A stretch of 63,571 nucleotides of DNA, filler included, from Stramenopiles sp. TOSAG23-3 (lineage: Eukaryota), in assembly GCA_900128585.1 (NCBI GenBank). It is 6 parts of 6 records of this genome, joined end to end, with 100 filler letters (N's around TTAATTAATTAA, not from the genome) between each part and the next. Parts side by side here need not be neighbours in the genome. Positions count along the whole stretch, not along the records: positions 24,771 to 37,039 come from LT642696.1; positions 37,140 to 49,394 come from LT642697.1; 4 more parts are not named here. The stretch is one strand, 5' to 3'. The first letter of the stretch is position 1, and every line of letters begins with the position of its first letter. This document shows positions 32,699 through 41,732 of this stretch, in pieces. The translations under genes were made by a program, and so were the position numbers. The notes under the pieces were generated by a model. It had not been told where the DNA came from. It saw only the letters and a list, made by a program, of their open reading frames with translations, and ran no database searches.

Positions 32699-35600
32699 AT
32701 GGCGGCAATAGAAGTCCGCCGCGCAGAACTAGACGACCAGGAAGGTATCGTTTCCTTGGTTAACGCGACTCCGGGTGGCCGAGGGCGTCTGGAAGACCGT
32801 TTTGGAGAGTTTGTAATCTCCGAGCTAATTTATTCTTCGTACTTATCGATTACTGCGACAGATGATCAAGGGGCGGTGATAGGGTTCGCTGCCTTTTCAG
32901 CGACACCAACTGTCGTGCCGCACGTCGAGGACGTCGAGGCTTGGCTGTCGTGGGTTTCCTCTGGGGACGGGAACACGCTCAACTCCAATGTATCCAACAC
33001 GTTATGGCTGCGTTTTTGCGTCGCGGTGGAAGGCTCAGAGGCGGACGCGATGACGAACATTCTGAGGACAGCATTCTCCACCCTTCCTGAGGTCGACATG
33101 GCAGCGTACACGCTGCCCCTGGCGATCGGTGCCTTCCCGGACGTCACCACCTTCGAGCAGAGGCAGCTCCCGGATCCCCCCGCGGAGGCCGTTGGGGAAG
33201 ATGTTGACTTTGACGATATTCCAGCGGAGTACGCGTGCAAACTATTGGTTAGCGGACGAGACAAGTACATCCCGCCACTCTTTGTTAGGGACGCACTCGT
33301 GGAAGACTACGACGATCTCGTGGCAGTGTTTGAAACCCATAGTAAGTCTTTGAAAGAACAGTACGGTGAGTTTTTCTTGGCCGAGCTGATTGAATCGCAG
33401 GACGAACGGAACAAGGCGATCGTCGGCCAAGTAGATGGCCGCGCGGTTGGCCTCATGAGCCTTACGTGCGAGGTCGACTTGACGGCCCTGCAACAGTGTT
33501 TTGAGCTGCAACCCTACAACAACCTGGAAACGGGCATATCGGAGGAGCAGCTGAAAGCCTACAACGATGCACTCGCAGCGAAAGCGGCGGAAGAGGCTAG
33601 GCTGGTTGCGCTGGAGAAGAAAAACCGCGCCCTGGCGGGTATGGGCCCGCGCGTTCTGGTGTTGGGCTTGCCTGGATCTGGAAAAACAGAACTGGCGAAG
33701 GCGTTGGTTGGGGAGAAAGAGCTCGTTCACGTCAACTTCGAATCCTTCAAAAAGGATATTCCCGAAGGCGCCGACGAGCTGGCGGCCGTTATCGAACGGC
33801 TTTTCCAGGAAGACTGCCAAACGAGTGGTTGGGCTCTCGAAGGGTTTCCCCGCAACCCGGTTGAATTGGAAGGTATGAGCAACGCAGGTTTTGTGCCAAA
33901 AAAATGCCTCTCGCTTGCTGTCGCAGAAGAGATTGCGATGGGGCGTGTGATGGACCGCCGCGTTGACCCAGAGACTGGGGACCTGTACAATTTGTCGTCC
34001 AACCCTCCCACCGAGCCAGAAGTGGAAGAAAGGTTGCAAATGATCAACGAGGATGATACCGAGGACGGCTTCAAAGCCAAAGTTGCAATTGCACAACCGG
34101 CAATCACTGCGATCGTTGAATCGTTGGAAAATGTTTGCCCAGTCGAAGAGATAATAGCTGCAGACAGCACGGAAGACATGGCAAAGGCTAGCGTTAAATT
34201 TATTGATCGCCCCCAAACGAGGCCCCCGTCGGCGACGGGAAGCCAAGAAGGCAGCGAAGGCAACGCCCAGGAGGAGGCTGTGGTCGACAACCGTTCCATT
34301 GAGGAACGGCTTGGTATTGTAGATATTTTGGGCATCGACCCAGACGAGGTTAAACCGGCCGCGTTTGCAGTGACGCTGTTCTGTTTGGACGACCTCTACG
34401 AATCTCGCGCCCGTGAATTTCTTCGAAAAGCGTTCATGATGTTTCCAGAGCGGGAATATTGCGTTGTAACCCTCCCTCACACTTCGGCAGAATCGGCGCT
34501 GCTTTCTAATTTTACCATGGTGTCGCCTCGCCCAACGTCTACGTTTTCGCACGTGCTCTACTTGCTTCACCGCGACGGTCTGCTAGCGTCCGAAGTCCGC
34601 GTATCGAGGGCGTTGGAGACCCACCTTGGCCAACTTGAGCCCATGCTGGCAGCATTGCCCAACGGGAGCGAAGTGGCCGAGGCGGTGGTCGCAGCATTGG
34701 ACAAATCGAGCACGCCGCTGGCCAAAAACCCTCAGATGGCGGCCTTCGTTGCCACCTGCCGAGAGCAAGTCTTGGGGGTGATCGTGCTCACACGAAAAGG
34801 GTGCGACCAATCTGGGGTACGCTGGATGAAGAGCGGGTACCGCTTAGAAGACTATGTCGTGTACTCCCAGCACGATCACGTTGAGCAGGCGCACATCACG
34901 CATTACGTGATAAACCCAATATTTTCTAGGTGCACACGGTTCGTTCTCCGCGAAACGATGCGTTTGTACAACAAAACGTGCCTGTACTATCGTGTGTATC
35001 CCGGCCAAATCATTGCTCCGCTGCTTCCGGACATGGTCCAAGCCCCACCTCGCAACAGGCCAATGCTGCGCGCAAATGAAGTCCGAGGACAGGCTGCCCC
35101 AGGCGACGAAAACGAAATGACACGAAAAAGTGGGCCCCACCCAGAGGACGTGGCAGAATCAAAAGGCGAAGACAGTTTCTCTCTTCACTTCTTGACCCAC
35201 AAGCTGCTTAGTGAGCCAAAAATCGTGTCGCACGCAAGAATAGTTGTTGTTGGAGCCTCCGATTGTGGCTTATCTGCTTTGGAATCACTGATCCTCATGC
35301 CTTACATGCAATTTACGCGTTTGACGCTGATTGCACCAGGGGACATTCCAGCCCTGCAAGATTCCCAAAACCCAAAGAATTTCATTGCCAACGTTGCTGG
35401 GGGGCCCACCGGGTACAACAAGAGGGAAACTCAGCAGTTGAGCTTCGGCAGCCTTGTTCGCGTGATTGATAACCGCGTGGTAGACATTGACCGTGAAGGT
35501 TCGGCCGTGCAACTGGAAGATGGTTCGATCGTTCCCTACGACTTCTTGCTGATCTGCACGGGGCTGCAAGAAAGCACGAAGAGCAAACTGATGCAAAACA

Positions 35601-36967
35601 CCACATCGGAGAGCGACGACCCAAGGCTTCACTTCATTGACTCGCTGGCGTCCGCGACCAGATTGGGGAGTAACATTGAATCGTTGATGGCTGGCGCTGG
35701 GTTTCAAAAGGTGGCCGTTTACGGCAACTCCCTCAACTCGTACGCCGCTATCCAAGGCCTACTAGCGCACAACATCCCAGCAACAAGCATTCGGCTGTTT
35801 CTCCCGACCGCGGCTGACGATAATGGTCACGCCCCGTTTGCCGATGTTTTCGTGCGCGACAAAGTGATGGCCACGCTGGGGGAGCTAGGGGTCGAAATTT
35901 CTCGTGGGAGTGTGCTTGAAGATGTTCTGGCAGATGCGGACGGTAACTTGTGTGGTGGGGTGTTTAACACCAGTGGGGAAAAGGACGAAGCTGAATTTCA
36001 AGTGCTTGTGTGCTGTGCAAAGGTTGACGTTGACCAAGATGTATTTGCAGCAATCAACGAAAGTGGACTGGTCTATGACGGGCGCCTCGTTGTCGATGGC
36101 CGTTTCCGCACCGCTGACCCAGCCATTTATGCGGCAGGAACGCTTACCAAGCACAGCCGTCGGTTTGGTAGAAACCGTCGCTGCCACGACGAGTACAACT
36201 CGAGAGAAGTTGGACAGGCGTTGGCAAAAGCGTTGGTGGAAGAAGTTGACCCTCTTGCGTTCCCAGTGCCCGTCAATGAAAATACCGGAGAAGCAATCCC
36301 ACCCAATTTTTCCAACCCGATCGGCGTTACGGCGTGCTTGCCCGGGGAAATGTACTACACCCATATCAAATGCCCCCCAATTATTGGCTCGGGCAGCAAC
36401 GAACCCCCTTTCGAGTTCGGCAGAGAGTGTGTGACCAATCCCAAAGATGCGCTTGCAAAAGTAGGGGGTGGGCGTGGAATCGGACTTCGGTACTGCCGTG
36501 TGGTTCTTGATGTCCACCGCCGTGTCGCATCCATTACATATTTAGGAGCCCAGCCCATAGAAGATCGTAACCTGGCCGGCCTCGTGGGCCTCCAAGAGTC
36601 TTACTTGAATTCATTAGAACATTTTTATGACAAAGGAACCATTCCCGACCTGGTGAAATTTCTTCGGAGCGATTGGGCTGTCGCTGTTTACCACGATAGA
36701 TTCCGCGCCCTCTGCCAAGTTCTCTCGGAGAAGCTGGATGGCGTCGAAGAAGTGCAGAAGTTGTTGAAAGAGGTCAAGGACGCAATCTCCTCAGGGAACA
36801 CAAAGTTGAGCGAGTCCAATTTGTTGCGAAAGAGCCTTATCGGCACAGGGGGCGAAAAAATGTCTTACAAAACGAAGAAAAGCATTGAAACTGAGTTGCT
36901 AAGATTCCTTCGTGACAACAGGGCCCTCCTACCGTTTTTCTGTATGCCTGACGGTAGCAATGAGTAA
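32699..36967 (+). CDS. CFAP61: Cilia- and flagella-associated protein 61 with an inserted adenylate-kinase-like domain
   Basis: CFAP61 motifs VRDALVEDYDDL...YGEFFLAELIESQ, FPEREYCVVTLPH and RIVVVGASDCGLSALE, plus LVYDGRLVVD in the FAD/NAD-binding fold. AK motifs GLPGSGKT, GWALEGFPRN and RRVDPETG. Confidence 0.9.
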   Translation: MAAIEVRRAELDDQEGIVSLVNATPGGRGRLEDRFGEFVISELIYSSYLSITATDDQGAVIGFAAFSATPTVVPHVEDVEAWLSWVSSGDGNTLNSNVSNTLWLRFCVAVEGSEADAMTNILRTAFSTLPEVDMAAYTLPLAIGAFPDVTTFEQRQLPDPPAEAVGEDVDFDDIPAEYACKLLVSGRDKYIPPLFVRDALVEDYDDLVAVFETHSKSLKEQYGEFFLAELIESQDERNKAIVGQVDGRAVGLMSLTCEVDLTALQQCFELQPYNNLETGISEEQLKAYNDALAAKAAEEARLVALEKKNRALAGMGPRVLVLGLPGSGKTELAKALVGEKELVHVNFESFKKDIPEGADELAAVIERLFQEDCQTSGWALEGFPRNPVELEGMSNAGFVPKKCLSLAVAEEIAMGRVMDRRVDPETGDLYNLSSNPPTEPEVEERLQMINEDDTEDGFKAKVAIAQPAITAIVESLENVCPVEEIIAADSTEDMAKASVKFIDRPQTRPPSATGSQEGSEGNAQEEAVVDNRSIEERLGIVDILGIDPDEVKPAAFAVTLFCLDDLYESRAREFLRKAFMMFPEREYCVVTLPHTSAESALLSNFTMVSPRPTSTFSHVLYLLHRDGLLASEVRVSRALETHLGQLEPMLAALPNGSEVAEAVVAALDKSSTPLAKNPQMAAFVATCREQVLGVIVLTRKGCDQSGVRWMKSGYRLEDYVVYSQHDHVEQAHITHYVINPIFSRCTRFVLRETMRLYNKTCLYYRVYPGQIIAPLLPDMVQAPPRNRPMLRANEVRGQAAPGDENEMTRKSGPHPEDVAESKGEDSFSLHFLTHKLLSEPKIVSHARIVVVGASDCGLSALESLILMPYMQFTRLTLIAPGDIPALQDSQNPKNFIANVAGGPTGYNKRETQQLSFGSLVRVIDNRVVDIDREGSAVQLEDGSIVPYDFLLICTGLQESTKSKLMQNTTSESDDPRLHFIDSLASATRLGSNIESLMAGAGFQKVAVYGNSLNSYAAIQGLLAHNIPATSIRLFLPTAADDNGHAPFADVFVRDKVMATLGELGVEISRGSVLEDVLADADGNLCGGVFNTSGEKDEAEFQVLVCCAKVDVDQDVFAAINESGLVYDGRLVVDGRFRTADPAIYAAGTLTKHSRRFGRNRRCHDEYNSREVGQALAKALVEEVDPLAFPVPVNENTGEAIPPNFSNPIGVTACLPGEMYYTHIKCPPIIGSGSNEPPFEFGRECVTNPKDALAKVGGGRGIGLRYCRVVLDVHRRVASITYLGAQPIEDRNLAGLVGLQESYLNSLEHFYDKGTIPDLVKFLRSDWAVAVYHDRFRALCQVLSEKLDGVEEVQKLLKEVKDAISSGNTKLSESNLLRKSLIGTGGEKMSYKTKKSIETELLRFLRDNRALLPFFCMPDGSNE

Positions 36968-37039
36968 GTTTTGTGTGTAATTAGCTTGATAATAATGAAA
37001 CACATTTATATATAATTTTGCAAAAACATGTTGTATGTA

Positions 37040-37139
37040 NNNNNNNNNNNNNNNNNNNNNNNNNNNNNNNNNNNNNNNNNNNNTTAATTAATTAANNNNN
37101 NNNNNNNNNNNNNNNNNNNNNNNNNNNNNNNNNNNNNNN
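37040..37139. other. Artificial contig linker
   Basis: N44-TTAATTAATTAA-N44. Confidence 0.97.
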
Positions 37140-37374
37140 GTTTCTGTGTTTCTGTGTTTCTGTCTGTCTGTTGTAATTAAAAGTCAAGGAATTATAATAT
37201 TTTTACATAGGACATAATAATAAAAGTATACTTTAATTCCTATAATATCTACAGTGTATAGAAGAAATGTGAAGGAGTTTATTCGTCCTCTTCTGGTTTT
37301 ATATCACTACGGTACTTCGTATTCTTCTCTCCTATTAAAATATTTTACTACCATTGCTATATATATAATTATTA

Positions 37375-40267
37375 TTATGGCTTCCAATTGTCAAGGACTT
37401 CTTTTTCCTTGTCCTCCAATTTCTTTCGCTCTATGGCGGCGTTTCGAACTTTCCGGTTGTTTTGAAGCTTGCGAGATATAGTAGCCGCCAAGTTCGATTT
37501 GATGCCAATCGAAAGTAGCTGAGCTTTGGTCACGGAGAGCAAATCGGCAATGCCGACGGGCTTGCAGGTCTCCATGAAGGCTTCGCCGAACCCCTTCTTC
37601 GGCAGCCCCACGCTGTACATCACCTTGAGTATGGACGCTACGCGTGCAGCTTCGACCTCTGCCAAACGCTTTCTCTCTTCTTCTTTGGCAATTCGAAGGG
37701 CCACCTCCCTTTCCTTCGAGTATATCATCCATTCTGCAAAGTCAATGAGTTCCCTGGACATGACCAGGTTCAACCCCGCACACATGACTCCATCGCCCCC
37801 CATTTCCGCGACTTTGGCAGCGTTGGACAGCACGAACTTTCCCGTTCGCATGACTTGTCTGGACGGGTCCCACCCTGCACTAATGAGAGCGCCCACGATG
37901 TTCCGCCTCTTCCGAAACGCTGCAGTGTGCAGCGCCGAAAACCCGTTCTCTTCCGTGAATGAGGGGTCGTAATCAATGATGGGCCGGACCGGGCGGCACT
38001 TCATGATTCCCTTGTCGTAGTGCAGTTGGTACCCGTGGAGCACCGCCGCCAACAGGCAATTCCCAAGCCACTGCCGTCTGCGCTGCCGTTTGGCGCACTG
38101 GTCTTCGTACGCGTGCGGCCCCTCGTGGGCTGGGAGCACGAACGGGTTGTCCTCCAGCATTTTTTCCCATGCCTCCTTTTCCGCTATTAACCGGTTCTCC
38201 TCTTCTTCTTTTGCCGCAAGGTTAGAGAACGCCACGGGCGCCTCCTCTGTCTCGGGCGGCACGTACTTGTCAAAGCAGCGGTCATCGTCCTCTTCGCCGC
38301 CGGTCCAACCACGAGCACACCAGCACAGAAACAAATTCTCCTCCGCCGTTGCAGCCCTAGAGCTGGTTACGAAGTCTCGCAGCTGCCCCTGCTTCGATTT
38401 CCACACCACCGATTTGTGCCCGTGCGGCATGAGGGTATGAAGGATCACCGCGACCTTTCCCGATTTGTTCCTTTCCGCCAAATCGACGGGGCTAAACCCG
38501 TCCCCGCTGTTGCTAAATTTGCAGGGGTCCCACCCCCCGTTCACCAGGGTTCGGCAGACGTTCATTGCCGTGTTGTTGGTCGTTTCGTCGAATGGGCCTT
38601 TTCGCGTGCACATCCCATGCAAGGCAGTCCACCCACGACCGTTGCACCACTTTCTGTCGTAATGAATGGGATTTAATCGTTTCCTTTTCTGCCAGTGCCC
38701 CCACGCCGAGTTCAAGTAAAAAAGTTCCACGCCATCTTCCACGGCAGCGGAAACCAGATCTTCCCGCAGGCCGTACGCTACCCAGTACAATGCCAAGTTC
38801 TGGTCCTCGGTTGCGGGGACACTGTCCTCCAGCTTATAATTTATCGTGGGCCCTTTCTTCTTCTTCTTCTTTTTTTCCTTGGCTTTTCTCCCCTTCTTTT
38901 TCTTGGAAGGGGTTTCGTTGGGACGTTCGCTGCCATCTTCCCCGTCTGCCTTTCCCTCGGTGGCAGCACCGGGGGGGGGGGTCATCACCCCTATCGTCGA
39001 CAACCAACAAACTCTTTCTCGCCTGTTCTGCTGCCCCGGGTTCCTCGGGGGGCTTATCTATTGCTGGCGGGGCACCCATCGCTGCGCCGGCGAGGGTTAA
39101 ATCCGTTGTCGGCGGCGGTGCTTCGAGCCCAGCGGCCTCCGCCGTAGTATTGATTGCGGGAGGTGGTGCCTCGACCCCTGGGTCGAGCGTATTTACAAGC
39201 CCGTCACTCTCTGCGACCGTGGCACCGTCTACGGTTCCTCCTTCCTCTTCCACCGCCACTTCTTCCGTTTCTCCAGCACTGCCCTCAACCTGCTCTTCTT
39301 CGCTTTCAGGGTCGCTGAGTATGTCGTTGCCCCCCCCGATTCTCTCCAGGAGCAACTGCCAGGCAGACGCGGAGTACCGCACCGGGCGATGGCGCGGCCT
39401 CTGGTCTTTTCCACAGCATATTTCTATTGATGGGACTTCGTCGCTGGACCGCGCGGCCCACAGCATTTCGGCAATTCTTGGGTTCCCCCCCTCCTTGCTG
39501 GCCACGTCCACGGGGGTCTGGCCGCTGCTGTCCATCGACGACGGATCCCAGCCGCACCGTATGAGGTGTTTGCACACGTGGAAGTGGGCCACCTGCCCGC
39601 ACTTTGCGGCAACGTGTAGGGCCGTGCGCCCCGATCCTGTCTCTCTCCATTCTACGTCGTAAAGGCTCACTTTCTTTCTCTCTACTTTTTGCAAAAGCCG
39701 AAACGGCGACGACGACGACAACGCCGACTTGTCCGAGGGCTCTTCGCTACCGTCCACTACGTCGTAGTCTTGGTTCTGTATGGACATGCTGTGCAGCCTC
39801 CGCACCACGGACCCGTCCCTCTCGTACGACGCGGTCGTTTTGTACAACCCCGTCTTTTTTTCCAGCTCGGCGATACGAGGGCGGCCGTACGCATCTACCA
39901 CAATTTCGCGGCCCTCGTAAATTGCCTCTCGAACTACCCAAACGATGCCCTGCTCACAGGCTAAATACAGCGACACGTTCGGCGCTCCATACAACCTGTA
40001 TAGCCTGGTGATTCCTTCGAGTGCCTGCTCTTTGAAATTGTCTTGCAGCGTCGTCTTCACTTTTATCGCGTGCTCGAACCCTTTAATTACCTCCCGTTTC
40101 GCTTTTGCGTCAACGTTGGACGCCAACATATGTATGGTGTGCTTCGCCCATAGCCGATACTCATACTCTTGGCGCTTGAACTCTGACGTAAACGCGTACA
40201 CGTCCTCCCCCCGTGCGCCGGAGAATAATGGCAATGGAGGCCGATCCAAGTCCCACGTAAACGCCAT
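37375..40267 (-). CDS. Ankyrin-repeat protein with C-terminal SAM-like domain; split by an apparent frameshift at the 11-nt homopolymer 38971-38981
   Basis: GRTALH, GWTALH and GFSALH...GWDP modules occur in both overlapping ORFs (38834-40267 and 37375-39003). Removing one base fuses them as RGDDPPPGAATEG. Tail DLLSVTKAQLLSIGIK is SAM-like. Confidence 0.7.
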
Positions 40268-41118
40268 GAGATCCCTTTACGGTTTGTTTTGTTTCCTCGG
40301 GTTTCCAAACGCACCCGATTCCTTCTCCCATGTTCTCTTTCCCCCATCCATTCAAACTACCAATCCTTTCCGTGAACGAATAGCAATCGCTACCGTTACA
40401 ATCAATCAAATTAAAATTTTCAAATCATAATATAAATTAAAATAATAATTCTTCTTCTTTGTTGTTGGTGCTATAGCTATATAATAATAATAAGAACAAC
40501 AAAAGTTGGTGTCTAAAATAATAAACATGGTGGTTTCTTTCTTCTTTCTTTCTTTCTTTTTTTATTTATTTTTATTCATTTATTCAAATTATTTATTATT
40601 GTACCCTAATATTAAAATGTAACTTATGCTATTTCTATATTGTACCGATCAATTTACATTGCATACCATCATTAACTAGAAAACGAAAGAAGAAGGAAGA
40701 AAGAGAAAAAGGATGAAGAAAGCAAAACATGAAAAAAGGGGGGCTTCGGTTTAGTTCATATTATGTATGATACATTTATAATCAAACACATTTAATATAT
40801 GAATAGTATATATTTATTATTTAGATTATATATGTATATGACAACATAATAAAACTTTGGATCAATACCAATTCTGCATGAACCGACCAATACATAAGCA
40901 CACCATCAAGGAAAGAAGTGTTCAGAGAGAAAGAGAAACAGTTAAACATTTTAGCATTTTAGCATTTGATTCCCGAGTATGAAATGGTAGAGGGGAAAAA
41001 CTGGGAAAGATTAGGATGTGGGGGGAAGGAAACAGGCGAAACGGTAAGGAAGAATTTATATATATATTTATATTATATTGCGTGCCTTCTTTTGCGACTA
41101 TAATTTAAAGAAACGACC

Positions 41119-41673
41119 ATGCTGAGATCCTATTCAGTAGCACTGTTAGTAGTATTATGCGCTTTCCTTGCGACGACCAACTCGTCGAGGTTGGGACGTT
41201 CGAACACTGCTGCAGAAAACTTGTTAGAGACGATGGAACGAGAGGCCGAGGCTCCCCTTCCGGCAGTTCCTGCGGGAAATGCGCTTCAGCGTTGCCGCTT
41301 TAAGTGTGACAACCATGCCTTTTTGCCAAAAGATATGGCGGCGAACATCTCGTCGGAGCACTGCTACCTAGGATGTATGTGGTTCCAGGAGTTAGGCTGT
41401 GACCCCGCCCCCCCGCAGGTGCCACACATTAACCAACCTAAGTTGGACATGATCCCACCAAAACCAGTGGTATCGGCGACCACCGGCTCCACGGGAAGCA
41501 CGGGCGCAACGGGCGCCGCAGCAACCGGCCCCGTGGCCGACGCAAACGCAATTTTGAAGAAAGCCACCGCCAGTGCCACCGGGGCAACCAACCGGGCGCA
41601 GAAGGCAATAGGGAAGAAGCCCAAGCTAGATGGCAAGGGGTCTTCAAGAGGGCAGCAATTAAAAAAAAACTAA
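41119..41673 (+). CDS. Small secreted protein with a Cys-rich segment and Ser/Thr/Gly/Ala-rich tail
   Basis: Signal peptide MLRSYSVALLVVLCAFLA; CRFKC...CYLGC...GC; STGSTGATGAAATG repeats. Confidence 0.7.
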   Translation: MLRSYSVALLVVLCAFLATTNSSRLGRSNTAAENLLETMEREAEAPLPAVPAGNALQRCRFKCDNHAFLPKDMAANISSEHCYLGCMWFQELGCDPAPPQVPHINQPKLDMIPPKPVVSATTGSTGSTGATGAAATGPVADANAILKKATASATGATNRAQKAIGKKPKLDGKGSSRGQQLKKN

Positions 41674-41732
41674 ATATACGAAATAACCTTGTTTATAAAA
41701 TAAGTGCATCGTAAAGGAACCCCGAGCGTGGC

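Noticed and set aside
38991-39012. Possible 22-nt GT-AG micro-intron that would also repair the ankyrin frameshift
   Set aside because: No other introns are evident, and a one-base homopolymer error 10 nt away is simpler; RNA reads would decide.
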